Assembly: GCA_028699085.1 (NCBI GenBank)
Contig: JAQVVF010000006.1
Location: 1 to 59,585, forward strand
Direction: 5' to 3'
Length of the DNA: 59,585 nt
From: Patescibacteria group bacterium
GTDB lineage: Bacteria; Patescibacteriota; JABMPQ01; JAQVVF01
Shown here piece by piece: positions 1-9,432 of the stretch. Below the pieces are notes generated by a model. The model did no database searches. It was not told where the DNA came from and saw only the letters and a list, made by a program, of their open reading frames with translations. The position numbers and the translations under genes were made by a program. The stretch's first letter is position 1. Each line of letters opens with the position of its first letter.

Positions 1-2
1 TA

Positions 3-116
3 CAAGAATTTGTTAATTACTACAATTGTCAACGACCTCATAGTGGCATTAATGATCTTACTCCTTTACAAAGAATCGCTAATTATTTTTCCCAAAAAAG
101 TGTAAACAACGCTTGA
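3..116 (+). mobile_element. 3' end of a DDE (integrase-core, rve-type) transposase gene; the 5' part lies outside the window
   Basis: Frame 3 reads QEFVNYYNCQRPHSGINDLTPLQRIANYFSQKSVNNA then TGA at 114-116. The YN-x-x-RPH-x-x-I/L-x-x-x-TP string is the conserved tail of IS3/IS481-type transposases. Confidence 0.6.
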
Positions 117-133
117 CTTTCTTACATTTTTAT

Positions 134-162
134 TTGACAATAATTTTTGTTTGTGTTAGTAT
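134..162 (+). promoter_or_regulatory. sigma70-like promoter (TTGACA-17 nt-TAGTAT) for the 195-781 gene pair
   Basis: TTGACA at 134-139, 17-nt spacer, TAGTAT at 157-162. Confidence 0.45.
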
Positions 163-194
163 TTTAGATACTTGAAATGATACAGGAGGGAAGA

Positions 195-506
195 ATGGAG
201 ACAAAATCCAGAAATCTAGCAATTGCAACTGTTTGTGTCGCAAAAGCAACTACTTTTACTCTTGACCGCCTGACAAGTATCGATGAAGAAAAATATGCTT
301 TGGAAGCAACTGAAAATGGTTATTCGATTAGATTTCATAGATTTTCAGTTGGCTTGTACAGGAAAGATAACACTTATTATTTTAAGTCTGATGAAGGCGT
401 TGTTGTGAAAGATGAACCTATCGCAAAAAATATGACAAGAGCAGCAAATACGCTTTTTAATCAGGTAATGATTGTTTTGGCAAGGCAGACAGGAGGAGGA
501 CAGTGA
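195..506 (+). CDS. hypothetical protein (103 aa), GGAGG-led orphan
   Basis: GGAGG at 185-189 lies 5 nt before ATG 195, which I prefer over the ORF-track start at 177. No motif recognised. Confidence 0.6.
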   Translation: METKSRNLAIATVCVAKATTFTLDRLTSIDEEKYALEATENGYSIRFHRFSVGLYRKDNTYYFKSDEGVVVKDEPIAKNMTRAANTLFNQVMIVLARQTGGGQ

Positions 507-781
507 TGCAGGTTGATGACCAGATGGATATGACACGTTTTGCAAATAGAAGAGAAGCTCTTCTGAAATGTGCCGAAATTACTGACCTTTCAGAAGACGC
601 AATTTCTTTGCTGCATGCGCGACAGATCAGAACTATTGCTGATCTAGTGAAGGTTGCTAACAAAGATTATTTTTGGGAAAGAATGTTGAGAGCTGATATT
701 GCAATTTTTGATAGATTTTTGCGAAACCATGCCTTGCATCGCTGGATGAGCGAGCAAGAAGTAGACGCACTTTTGACTTAA
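506..781 (+). CDS. hypothetical protein (91 aa) with a helix-hairpin-helix-like segment, translationally coupled to the upstream ORF
   Basis: The upstream TGA stop and this ATG overlap (TGATG at 504-508). GGAGGAGG lies at 492-499. ISLLHARQIRTIADLV resembles the HhH of the RNA polymerase alpha C-terminal domain; this similarity is weak. Confidence 0.55.
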   Translation: MQVDDQMDMTRFANRREALLKCAEITDLSEDAISLLHARQIRTIADLVKVANKDYFWERMLRADIAIFDRFLRNHALHRWMSEQEVDALLT

Positions 782-804
782 CAGGTTTTTACCTGTTTTT
801 TTTA
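781..804 (+). terminator. intrinsic terminator
   Basis: ACAGGT tttt ACCTGT followed by a T8 run. Confidence 0.7.
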
Positions 805-969
805 TTGACTCACCAACTAATACTTTATCAAATATCATCGAATGCATTTTCGAATAATGCGCTTTATAAATATTTGTCGCTATAAATTGCCAATAAGTTG
901 GCTTATAGGTATTATTCAAAAAAACATAAGAGCCATTTGAAAAAGTATTGGAGCAAGGCCATAATTCTC

Positions 970-998
970 TTGCCAAGAGTTAAAAAACTAATTATAAT
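970..998 (+). promoter_or_regulatory. sigma70-like promoter of rpsA; predicts a leaderless or near-leaderless mRNA
   Basis: TTGCCA at 970-975, 17-nt spacer, TATAAT at 993-998. ATG 1006 lies 7 nt after the -10 box. Confidence 0.5.
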
Positions 999-1005
999 GG
1001 TCTAT

Positions 1006-2262
1006 ATGAAAAACACTAAACAATTAAAGACACTTGACAATCTTGTCAGTGAAAAAGTCAAAGAGACAGAAATCGAGCAGAAAAAAGAGCAGGAAGCTCT
1101 AATGAGCCAATTAGAAAATCAGGTTGTACCAAAACCTGGCGATACTTTGGTTGGCAAAGTTATTGAAATGTCGAAGAATGCTGTTTACATTGATCTAGGC
1201 CAATATGGTATTGGCGTAGTTCGTGGCAAAGAGCTTTGGGAAAGTTTAGACGTATATGGCGAATTGAATGTTGGCGATGAAGTTGAAGCCACTATATTAG
1301 AAATGGAAAATGAAGAAAATATTTTGGAATTAACATTCAGAAAAGCAACAAAGAAAGAAGTTTGGGATGAATTAAACGAAAAAAGAGACAAAAGAGAAAT
1401 CATTACAGTCAAAATACAAAGCGCAAATAAAGGCGGATTATTAACAACATTATTTGGAATTCCTGCTTTTATGCCTGTATCTCAATTGACACCAGAACAT
1501 TATCCTAGAGTTGAAGGCGGAGATCAAGACAAGATTTTATCTAAATTACAGTCTTTCATCGGAAAGAAAATGAAAATTCAAATTGTTACAGCAGATCCTA
1601 AGGATGAAAAGTTGATTATATCTGAAAAAGAAGCTGCATTCACAAAGCAAAAAGAAAAGATCGGAAATGTGAAGGTAGGCGATGTTGTAGAAGGCGAAGT
1701 TTCTGGAATTGTTGACTTTGGTATTTTTGTAAAATTTGATGGTCTTGAAGGATTAGTTCATATTTCTGAATTATCTTGGCAAAGAGTTGATGATCCAGCT
1801 AATTTGGTTAAGATTGGCGATAAGGTAAAAGCAGAAATTATTGGAATTGAAGATTCAAAGATTACATTATCAATAAAGAAATTACAAAAAGATCCTTGGA
1901 TTGAGGCAGTAAAGAAATATAAAGTTGGACAATTGGTAAAAGGAATTGTAAAAGAAGTTAAACCATTCGGTATTTTTATTCAACTTGATAAAGATATTCA
2001 TGGATTAGTCCATGTTTCTGAATTACCATTCAATATTACTGATGCAAAAAAAGAATTAGTAATGGGATCAGAAAAAGAATTTAGAATATTATCGATTGAG
2101 CCAGGAGAACACAGATTAGGATTAACTTTAAAATTAGATTCGGAAAAAAAAGAAGAAGTTGCTGAAGAAAAGGAAGAAAAAAAGGAAGTTAAGAAAGATA
2201 AGAAAGAAGAAAAACCTTCTGAAAAGAAAAAAGATAAAGAGAAAAAAGAATCTAAGAAATAA
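1006..2262 (+). CDS. rpsA: 30S ribosomal protein S1 (four S1/OB repeats, K/E-rich tail)
   Basis: Repeated S1 motifs: GDTLVGKVIEMSKNAVYIDLG, GDVVEGEVSGIVDFGIFVKF..GLVHISEL, GQLVKGIVKEVKPFGIFIQL..GLVHVSEL. The ORF-track start at 898 is a TTG upstream of the promoter; ATG 1006 (or 997) is preferred. Confidence 0.9.
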   Translation: MKNTKQLKTLDNLVSEKVKETEIEQKKEQEALMSQLENQVVPKPGDTLVGKVIEMSKNAVYIDLGQYGIGVVRGKELWESLDVYGELNVGDEVEATILEMENEENILELTFRKATKKEVWDELNEKRDKREIITVKIQSANKGGLLTTLFGIPAFMPVSQLTPEHYPRVEGGDQDKILSKLQSFIGKKMKIQIVTADPKDEKLIISEKEAAFTKQKEKIGNVKVGDVVEGEVSGIVDFGIFVKFDGLEGLVHISELSWQRVDDPANLVKIGDKVKAEIIGIEDSKITLSIKKLQKDPWIEAVKKYKVGQLVKGIVKEVKPFGIFIQLDKDIHGLVHVSELPFNITDAKKELVMGSEKEFRILSIEPGEHRLGLTLKLDSEKKEEVAEEKEEKKEVKKDKKEEKPSEKKKDKEKKESKK

Positions 2263-2273
2263 TAAATTTGAAG

Positions 2274-2296
2274 CCAGCGTGAAAACGCTGGTTTTT
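2274..2296 (+). terminator. intrinsic terminator
   Basis: CCAGCG tgaaaa CGCTGG followed by TTTTT. Confidence 0.7.
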
Positions 2297-2399
2297 GTTA
2301 CCTGAATTTGATGATTTTTAACTTTAAATCTTAACTGTATTAGAAAGAAAAGCTAAAACCTTGATAACTTTACTGATTAGTGATAAAATATCGCTACTT

Positions 2400-3344
2400 A
2401 TGCTAGATCAAGTTTTAAAAACAATTAAAGATAATAATCTAATCCAGTCTTCTGACAAGATTGTTTTAGGCTTGTCTGCTGGACCAGATTCTGTTTGTTT
2501 GCTTACACTTTTGGCTAAATTAAAACAAGAATTAAATTTTGATTTAGTATTAGCGCACGTAAATTATAATTTGAGAGGAAAAGATTCTTTTTTGGATATG
2601 ATTTTGGCACGTAAACTAGCTGAATTGTATAATTTGCCAATTTATGTCAAAGAGGTAAAAGATTTAGGATTAGAGGTAAAAGGTCTAGAAGAAAAATGTA
2701 GGCAAATTAGATATGATTATTTTAATGAGATTTTAATTAAAGAAAAATGTAATAAGATTGCAGTTGCACACAATAGAGATGATGATGCAGAAACAATTTT
2801 AATGTTTTTTTTAAGAGGCTCAGGATTAAAGGGCTTGAGCGGAATTAAATATCAGCAAAATAATATTATTAGACCTCTTCTGGATTGCTATAAACGCGAT
2901 ATTTTACTTTATTTGAAAGAAAATCATCTAGAATATAGAGTTGATAAAACTAATTTTCAAAAATTATATTTGAGAAATCGAATTAGACATGAATTAATTC
3001 CGTTTTTAGAGAAAGATTATAATCAAAATTTAAGATCAACTATTTGCCAAAGCGCCAAGACATTGAAGGATGATAGCGACTACATTGAAAAAGTTGCGAA
3101 GATTAAATTGAAAGAATTAAGTTTAGATGAAAATTATTTGAAACTGGAAGAGTTTTTGGCTTTAGATAAGTCTTTGCAAAGAGCAATCTTAAGATTAAAA
3201 TTAGCAAAATATAAAGATATTAGCTTTCTAGATCTTGAAGAAGCATTAAGAATTTTGAGAACAGCTAAAAATGGATCAATGCGACAAATTAAAGGGTTGC
3301 AAATTCGAAAGGATTATGACAGAATTATGTTAGTTGCCAGTTGA
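2400..3344 (+). CDS. tilS: tRNA(Ile)-lysidine synthase
   Basis: PP-loop GLSAGPDS and the HNRDDDAET region, with N-type ATP pyrophosphatase layout. Start moved to ATG 2400, preceded by TTGATA-17 nt-TAAAAT at 2360-2388. Confidence 0.85.
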   Translation: MLDQVLKTIKDNNLIQSSDKIVLGLSAGPDSVCLLTLLAKLKQELNFDLVLAHVNYNLRGKDSFLDMILARKLAELYNLPIYVKEVKDLGLEVKGLEEKCRQIRYDYFNEILIKEKCNKIAVAHNRDDDAETILMFFLRGSGLKGLSGIKYQQNNIIRPLLDCYKRDILLYLKENHLEYRVDKTNFQKLYLRNRIRHELIPFLEKDYNQNLRSTICQSAKTLKDDSDYIEKVAKIKLKELSLDENYLKLEEFLALDKSLQRAILRLKLAKYKDISFLDLEEALRILRTAKNGSMRQIKGLQIRKDYDRIMLVAS

Positions 3345-3386
3345 CAGTTGTTAGTTACGTGACTTACAACTGCTTACTTACAACTT
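3339..3386 (+). repeat. intergenic imperfect hairpin (AGTTGACAGTTG word family) between tilS and ftsH
   Basis: CAGTTGTTAGT (3345-3355) pairs with ACTTACAACTG (3362-3372) with one mismatch. The same words occur at 31660-31737. Confidence 0.5.
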
Positions 3387-3397
3387 ATAACTAATTT

Positions 3398-5236
3398 ATG
3401 AAAAAAATACTTAAAAATTTTTTATTGGCAATTTTAGTGTTTTTTATAATTGCATCAATTTTTGCTTTTTATAAAACTCCTTTAACAAAGACTGAAGAGA
3501 TATCCTTGACTCAACTAAGCCAGAATATTAATGATAGCAAAGTTAAGCAGATTACTATCTCCGGCAACGATTTAAAAATTAAACTAAATGATGACAAGGA
3601 TTTAGTTGCTAAAAAAGAAGCTGAAACCTCTTTGACTAATACATTGAAGAATTATGGAGTAAAAACTGAACACTTGGATAAAGTAAATATAACAGTAACT
3701 GAAGATACTGGGTTTACATATTGGATGGCAAATATTTTGCCTTTTGTATTGCCTTTCTTACTTGTAGGTGTATTTATCTGGTTTATGGCAAGAGGATTAC
3801 AAAAATCAAATTCAAAAGCAATGATGTTTGGTGAATCTAGAGCAAAAAAATATGAGCCAGAAAAAGGAAAAAAGAAAATAACTTTTAAAGATGTTGCTGG
3901 CGCAAAAGAAGCGAAAGAAGAATTATGGGAAGTTGTAGAGTTTTTAAAAAGCCCAAAAAAGTTTTCTGAACTTGGCGCTGAAATTCCAAAAGGAGTATTA
4001 TTGATTGGACCTCCAGGAACAGGAAAGACCTTGTTAGCAAAGGCTGTTGCCAATGAGGCGAATGTGCCTTTTTATAGCATTTCTGGTTCTGAATTTGTGG
4101 AAATGTTTGTTGGTGTTGGTGCTTCAAGAGTTAGAGATTTGTTTGATAAAGCGAAAAAAACTGCTCCATGCTTAATTTTTATTGATGAAATTGATGCTGT
4201 TGGCAGACACAGAGGAGCAGGACTTGGAGGATCACATGACGAAAGGGAACAGACTCTAAATCAGATTTTGTCAGAAATGGATGGATTTGTCCCAAATTCT
4301 GGAATTGTGGTGATTGCTGCGACAAATAGACCTGACGTTTTAGATCCTGCTTTACTTAGACCAGGAAGATTTGATAGAAGAGTCATTTTAGATTTACCGG
4401 ATATGCAATCAAGGGAAGCAATCTTAAAAATTCATGCAAAAAATAAACCATTAGATAAAGAAGTTGATATAAAGGTATTAGCACAAAGAACTCCTGGATT
4501 TTCTGGAGCAGATTTAAAGAATTTAATGAATGAAGCTGCTATTTCGGCTGCAAGAGAAAATAAGAAAACAGTAAGCATGAAACACTGTGTAGATTCGATT
4601 GAAAAAGTAATGCTTGGACCTGAACGAAAGAGCTTTATGTTATCAAAAGAGGAAAAGAAGATTGCTGCTTATCATGAAGCTGGACATGCTTTAACTTCAC
4701 ACTTGTTGCCGAACGCTGATCCAGTACAAAAAATTTCTATTATTTCCAGAGGACAAGCTGCTGGTTATACGCTTAAATTACCAGAAAAAGAAAAACATTT
4801 TCATGCTAAGGCTGAATTTTTAGATGATTTAGCTGTATTATTGGGCGGATATGTGGCTGAAAAATTAACCTTTGGTGATGTAACAACTGGCGCCACTTCT
4901 GATCTAAGGCAAGTAACTGCTGTTGCTCGTAAACTCGTGACTGATTATGGCATGTCTGATCTTGGTCCAATGACTTTTGGTCAAAAAGAAGAATTAGTAT
5001 TTTTAGGAAAAGAAATTGGCGAGCAAAGAGATTATTCTGAAGCAGTTGCTGCTGAAATAGATAAAGCTGTACGTGGATTTGTGGAAAGTGGTTATAAAAA
5101 ATCACAAGAAACTATTGAGAATAATAAAGCTAAGCTTGAAAAAATTGCTAATGCTTTAATTGATCATGAGGTTATTGAGAAGGAAGAATTTAATAAATTA
5201 ATGTCCGATGAAAACAAGAATGATGTTGCCAAATAA
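3398..5236 (+). CDS. ftsH: ATP-dependent zinc metalloprotease FtsH
   Basis: Two N-terminal TM segments, Walker A GPPGTGKT, Walker B LIFIDEID, zinc site HEAGHA. Confidence 0.97.
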   Translation: MKKILKNFLLAILVFFIIASIFAFYKTPLTKTEEISLTQLSQNINDSKVKQITISGNDLKIKLNDDKDLVAKKEAETSLTNTLKNYGVKTEHLDKVNITVTEDTGFTYWMANILPFVLPFLLVGVFIWFMARGLQKSNSKAMMFGESRAKKYEPEKGKKKITFKDVAGAKEAKEELWEVVEFLKSPKKFSELGAEIPKGVLLIGPPGTGKTLLAKAVANEANVPFYSISGSEFVEMFVGVGASRVRDLFDKAKKTAPCLIFIDEIDAVGRHRGAGLGGSHDEREQTLNQILSEMDGFVPNSGIVVIAATNRPDVLDPALLRPGRFDRRVILDLPDMQSREAILKIHAKNKPLDKEVDIKVLAQRTPGFSGADLKNLMNEAAISAARENKKTVSMKHCVDSIEKVMLGPERKSFMLSKEEKKIAAYHEAGHALTSHLLPNADPVQKISIISRGQAAGYTLKLPEKEKHFHAKAEFLDDLAVLLGGYVAEKLTFGDVTTGATSDLRQVTAVARKLVTDYGMSDLGPMTFGQKEELVFLGKEIGEQRDYSEAVAAEIDKAVRGFVESGYKKSQETIENNKAKLEKIANALIDHEVIEKEEFNKLMSDENKNDVAK

Positions 5237-5272
5237 ACGATAACTAAATATCGAATATTAAATATTGGAGGG

Positions 5273-5641
5273 ATGGACAAGAAATATCTAAAATTAGGTG
5301 ATTTGCCTGTTTATAGAATGTCTTTGGAATTAAGCAATTATTCTTGGATTATTTATGAAAGCTTAGGCTGGCAAGACAAAAAAGTATTTGGCGATCAATA
5401 TATTCGATCAATTGATTCTATTGGCGCTAATATTGCAGAGGGATACGGTAGATATCATTATAAAGACAGAATTAAATTTTATTATAATGCAAGAGGTTCG
5501 CTTATTGAGGCAAAACATTGGTCTTTATTATTAAAAAATAGAAAGAAAATTTCTAACAAAGTTTTTAATGATTTATTACAAAGGCTAAATAATATTCACA
5601 AAAGTTTAAATACTTATATCAAAATGTGCTATCCTAGATAA
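5273..5641 (+). CDS. four-helix-bundle protein (23S rRNA intervening-sequence protein / Avd-like family)
   Basis: Family-typical pattern: LSNYSWIIY ... SIDSIGANIAEGYGR ... ARGSLIEAKHW (TIGR02436/PF05635-like, recognised by eye). Flanked by a 13-nt AT-only inverted repeat at 5254-5266 / 5640-5652. Confidence 0.8.
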   Translation: MDKKYLKLGDLPVYRMSLELSNYSWIIYESLGWQDKKVFGDQYIRSIDSIGANIAEGYGRYHYKDRIKFYYNARGSLIEAKHWSLLLKNRKKISNKVFNDLLQRLNNIHKSLNTYIKMCYPR

Positions 5642-5680
5642 TATTTAATATTTATTATTCAATGTTCTAAAATCAAACAT

Positions 5681-6586
5681 ATGGATTATATAAAACTTGT
5701 AAAACGTAGTTTAATTTTAACCTGGAAATACAAGTTTCTTTGGATTTTTGGTTTGTTTATTGCTTTAGTATCTGGAGGAACTGGAATGAATTCAAGTTAT
5801 GATTTTGGCAATAGTACAAAAAATACTAAGGAATTAGGTTTTGAAAATGTCCAAAATTGGATTTCTTCTGACATTAATCAATACTTATTTTGGATAATAA
5901 TTATTTTGATTGCTTTATTTGTGATTTTTTTAGCATTATGGATTTTATCAGTAATTTCTCAAAGCGCTTTGATTGGCTGTGCTGACAAGTTGGATAAAGG
6001 AGAGAAAACAAGTGTTAAAGATGGAATTACAATTGGTAAAAAATATTTTTGGAGAATATTTGGAATTTCATTGCTTTTTGGCGCAACGATATTTTTGTCG
6101 TTCATAATTCTTGGCGTACCTGTATTTCTGCTTTTTTATTTTCAATTATTTGGTAGAGCAGTTTTATTGCTAATGCTAGCATTGCTAATTTTTGTACCTG
6201 AAGCGATTTTTTTATCTTTGATTATGAATTATGCTGTGAGAGCAATAGTTTTGAAAGATAATAAAATTATCGAATCCATAAAGACTGCCTATAAATTACT
6301 CATTAACAATTTCTGGCAGACTATCGTTGTAACATTAATTTATATTGGTATTAATATTGCGGTTTCAATTGTTATTTTTATTGCGATATTTTTATTAGCT
6401 GTACCAGTAATTGTTTTAATATTACTCACTAAAGCTTTACTTGGATCAATTGTTTTTTGGATTTGTGTTTGCCTTGTAGTATTATTGATGATAGCTTTGA
6501 CATTACTAATGAAAACTTTATTGATAACCTTCAAGTATAATCTCTGGACTCTGACTTTTAAAGAATTAAAAAATAAAAATGACTAG
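5681..6586 (+). CDS. polytopic membrane protein, function unknown
   Basis: Multiple long hydrophobic segments. TAAAAT lies 7 nt upstream of the ATG; no SD. Confidence 0.7.
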   Translation: MDYIKLVKRSLILTWKYKFLWIFGLFIALVSGGTGMNSSYDFGNSTKNTKELGFENVQNWISSDINQYLFWIIIILIALFVIFLALWILSVISQSALIGCADKLDKGEKTSVKDGITIGKKYFWRIFGISLLFGATIFLSFIILGVPVFLLFYFQLFGRAVLLLMLALLIFVPEAIFLSLIMNYAVRAIVLKDNKIIESIKTAYKLLINNFWQTIVVTLIYIGINIAVSIVIFIAIFLLAVPVIVLILLTKALLGSIVFWICVCLVVLLMIALTLLMKTLLITFKYNLWTLTFKELKNKND

Positions 6587-6948
6587 CTGTTGCTAGTCTT
6601 TTTTGACACATAAGTACTGATAAAAACGAAAAGATCGATTGTGAGAAAGAAAATGAATCCCAATAAATAGAAAATATGCAACCAGCTTTGAATTTTACTG
6701 TCAATCAGGAAAACTGGCGGAATTAGTGAAATCATATTTATTGAGATTAAAGCTCTACGAAGATTCATCAATAAATAAGGAAAGACTAAAATATAAAGAC
6801 CGATAAAGCAGACAAAACTAATCAAATAAAAATTATCGATTGGAGATGGAAATCTGAAAGAACCTATGCCAGACCAGATTATGCCAAGACCCCAAAAGAT
6901 TGATTGGAAATCAGTAATGAATTGAGTGAAACGGCTTTGTTCGAACAT
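6583..6948 (-). CDS. small membrane protein (121 aa), GGAGG-led
   Basis: Three to four hydrophobic segments. GGAGG at 6954-6958 (minus strand) lies 5 nt from the ATG. The 3' end overlaps the convergent gene by 4 nt. Confidence 0.6.
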   Translation of the reverse strand: MFEQSRFTQFITDFQSIFWGLGIIWSGIGSFRFPSPIDNFYLISFVCFIGLYILVFPYLLMNLRRALISINMISLIPPVFLIDSKIQSWLHIFYLLGFIFFLTIDLFVFISTYVSKKTSNS

Positions 6949-7019
6949 TTTTTCCTCCTTTTTATTGCAAGGTACGAATATAAAATATTAATATTATTTT
7001 TACTATAAATCAACAACAA

Positions 7020-8510
7020 ATGGCTGATTTATTATCTAAATTAGATTTTGGCCAGCTAAAAGCAGCGACCTCTAAATCTAAGCATATCCTTTGTTTAGCC
7101 GGTGCAGGCTCTGGAAAAACACGAGTTTTAACGTCTCGTGTTTTTAATTTGGTAAAAAATAATATCAAGCCAGAAAATATCCTAGCAATAACTTTTACAC
7201 GAAATTCCGCAAAAGAGATGCGCGAAAGATTGCAAAAGATGGGAGTTGATTCAAAAAAAATATGGTGCCAAACTTTTCATGCAGCTGCTTTTAAAATTTT
7301 GCGTGAAAATTATAAATCTGTTAAAAAAATTAGAATTATAACTGATAAAAATCAAGATCAGCTATTTAAACTTTGTATTGCTAAATTATGTTTAAATAAA
7401 AAATTTGCCTTATGCTACCAAGATTATTTGAAGGAAAACAATTGGCCAGAATATTTGTTTTTTGAGCAGATAACAAAAGTAATTAAAGAATGTAAATCAA
7501 GATCGTTAACTTTGGTTGATGTAATTAAACGAGCAAAACTGATTTCTGATGATGATGCTAAAAATTTTTATAGATTATTGTATTTAATTTTTAAATTTTA
7601 CCAGAAATATTTGTTTCTAAATAACTATTTTGATTTTGAAGATTTGATGAACAAGGCAATCGAATTACTTTCGCAGGATAACCTAATTTTGCAGCATTAT
7701 CAGAATAAATTTCAACATATTTTAGTTGATGAATTTCAAGATGTTAATTTTACACAAGTTAGGTTTTTAAATTTACTAAATAATAAGGATAATAATTTAT
7801 TTGTGGTTGGCGATGATTGGCAGGCAATATATGGTTGGAGAGGAGGAAATATTGGCTACATTTTGGATTTTCAACGTAAATACCGTGATTGCGAAAAAAT
7901 CATCTTACCGTTCAATTACAGAAGTGATGGATATATCGTGAACGCTGCTTCTAAAGTGATAAGAAAGAATAAACGTCAATATAAAAAGAAAATAAAATCT
8001 TTCTGGCCGCATAAGAATAAAATTTTTATTTTCAAAGCTAAAGATAAGAAAGAAGAGCTAAATTTTGTACTTAAAAGGATTAAAATCCTTTTGAAAAGAT
8101 ACAAGCAAGAACAAATTATGCTTTTAGGCAGAAATTGGAAAGTATTAGCCTCGTATATTGATAAATTGAAACGAACAAAAGTGTTGATCACGACAATTCA
8201 CTCTGCAAAAGGCATGGAAAGAGAGGTTGTCTTTATAATTGGTCTTCATTCTGGCAGACATGGCTTTCCATATATTAAGGAAGATTACGAAATTATGAAA
8301 GTAATTCGAGATTCCAACATGAATGAAAGACTATGCGAGGAAAGAAGATGTTTTTATGTAGGCATTACTCGAGCAAAAAAAATTCTTTACCTTTGTACTA
8401 TTAAAAATAGAGAATCTAAATTTGTTGAGGAAATACCGAAAAGATTTTTGAAAATTTTAAATAAAAAAATAACCGTTGAAACGGTTAGGATAAAAGGTCA
8501 GAATAGGTGA
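7020..8510 (+). CDS. UvrD/Rep/PcrA-family superfamily 1 helicase (short, 496 aa)
   Basis: Walker A AGAGSGKT, DEFQDVN, VGDDWQAIYGWRGG, TIHSAKGME, YVGITRAK. Confidence 0.85.
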   Translation: MADLLSKLDFGQLKAATSKSKHILCLAGAGSGKTRVLTSRVFNLVKNNIKPENILAITFTRNSAKEMRERLQKMGVDSKKIWCQTFHAAAFKILRENYKSVKKIRIITDKNQDQLFKLCIAKLCLNKKFALCYQDYLKENNWPEYLFFEQITKVIKECKSRSLTLVDVIKRAKLISDDDAKNFYRLLYLIFKFYQKYLFLNNYFDFEDLMNKAIELLSQDNLILQHYQNKFQHILVDEFQDVNFTQVRFLNLLNNKDNNLFVVGDDWQAIYGWRGGNIGYILDFQRKYRDCEKIILPFNYRSDGYIVNAASKVIRKNKRQYKKKIKSFWPHKNKIFIFKAKDKKEELNFVLKRIKILLKRYKQEQIMLLGRNWKVLASYIDKLKRTKVLITTIHSAKGMEREVVFIIGLHSGRHGFPYIKEDYEIMKVIRDSNMNERLCEERRCFYVGITRAKKILYLCTIKNRESKFVEEIPKRFLKILNKKITVETVRIKGQNR

Positions 8511-8517
8511 GCTAGGA

Positions 8518-8928
8518 TTAAGGCTTGTGCTCGAGGTAAGACATACATTTTTCGAATATTTCATGAATTTCTTTTCCATGTAGATTCTCGGTACATCTAA
8601 ATTCATATTCGCGATCCAAATACTCAATAGACAAATGGTCTGGCAATGCTTCTCCTAGCTCGATATCAGGAACATACAAGCTAAGAAAGATGTCTTCAAC
8701 ACAAACATCGAAACCTTTTTTGATGTTTACGAAATTCTTTCTTTTGGCATACCTTTGATTGTAAATTCTTGTCCATACCTGAATCCAGGATGGAAGATCC
8801 AAATATTGGCTCTTTTCCAACCTTCGTAACGCAATTTGCGCTGCTTTTGCAAAATGCTCAGCACTCGATGAATTTGCGACAATAGTCAATATGCTCTTTA
8901 CGATTTCAAGGCAATCGATTTGTAACAT
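8518..8928 (-). CDS. hypothetical protein (136 aa), GC-richer GGAGG-led orphan
   Basis: AGGAGG lies 4 nt upstream of the ATG. Has its own promoter. No motif recognised. Confidence 0.6.
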   Translation of the reverse strand: MLQIDCLEIVKSILTIVANSSSAEHFAKAAQIALRRLEKSQYLDLPSWIQVWTRIYNQRYAKRKNFVNIKKGFDVCVEDIFLSLYVPDIELGEALPDHLSIEYLDREYEFRCTENLHGKEIHEIFEKCMSYLEHKP

Positions 8929-8971
8929 TTTTCCTCCTGTTGTTTCCTTGGTGCTGTATTTACAGCTTTTT

Positions 8972-9000
8972 AGTATATGTTAAATATACTATTCTGTCAA
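8972..9000 (-). promoter_or_regulatory. sigma70-like promoter (TTGACA-17 nt-TATACT) for 8518-8928
   Basis: Minus strand: TTGACA at 9000-8995, 17-nt spacer, TATACT at 8977-8972. Confidence 0.5.
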
Positions 9001-9078
9001 TGTTTTAAGCAGCATATATTCCTTCCATGGACAGAATTGAAACTCAAATTTTTAATTTTTTTAGAATTTTTTGCAAAT

Positions 9079-9101
9079 AAAAAAAAGACCAGTGATGGTC
9101 T
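9079..9101 (-). terminator. intrinsic terminator of 9101-9361
   Basis: Minus strand: AGACCA tcac TGGTCT followed by T8. Overlaps the stop codon. Confidence 0.7.
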
Positions 9102-9361
9102 TAAGCCGAAAAAATTTCGAAACGAACAAAATGAATGGAAAGAGTATTAATAATCATATCACGACAATCTCTTTCAACTCGACCTGTTTGAGTCCCATTT
9201 TGCATTGAATCATGAACGGATCTGACATTTTTCATGTAAACAAGATTGCCTTCCACACTGTAAACATACCCGATAAATTGCATTTGAACATAGCCTGGAG
9301 TGTGAAGAAGGCTTGGTCTATTTTCAACTGCAATGACAGTTCTTCCGATGAGCTCTTGCAT
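9101..9361 (-). CDS. hypothetical protein (86 aa), GC-richer GGAGG-led orphan
   Basis: GGAGG at 9369-9373 lies 7 nt from the ATG. Has its own promoter and terminator. Confidence 0.6.
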   Translation of the reverse strand: MQELIGRTVIAVENRPSLLHTPGYVQMQFIGYVYSVEGNLVYMKNVRSVHDSMQNGTQTGRVERDCRDMIINTLSIHFVRFEIFSA

Positions 9362-9403
9362 TGCCCTTCCTCCTCTTCGTGCGAGTGAAATTATGGATAT
9401 ATT

Positions 9404-9432
9404 AATTTAGCATAAAAATATTGTTTTGTAAA
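9404..9432 (-). promoter_or_regulatory. sigma70-like promoter (TTTACA-17 nt-TAAATT) for 9101-9361
   Basis: Minus strand: TTTACA at 9432-9427, TAAATT at 9409-9404. Confidence 0.4.

Noticed and set aside
195-781. Toxin-antitoxin assignment for the coupled pairs 195-781 and 26605-27133
   Set aside because: Only the size and overlap architecture fit. I could not recognise any toxin or antitoxin fold or motif, so I report them as hypothetical.
898-1005. N-terminal extension of the rpsA ORF (ORF-track start at TTG 898)
   Set aside because: The extension contains the rpsA promoter (TTGCCA-17 nt-TATAAT at 970-998) and reads as low-complexity, non-S1 sequence. ATG 1006 (or 997) is the plausible start.
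5273-5641. Diversity-generating retroelement, suggested by the Avd-like four-helix-bundle genes here and at 23059-23436
   Set aside because: There is no reverse transcriptase gene and no template/variable repeat pair with adenine-specific mismatches anywhere in the window. The family also occurs outside DGRs.
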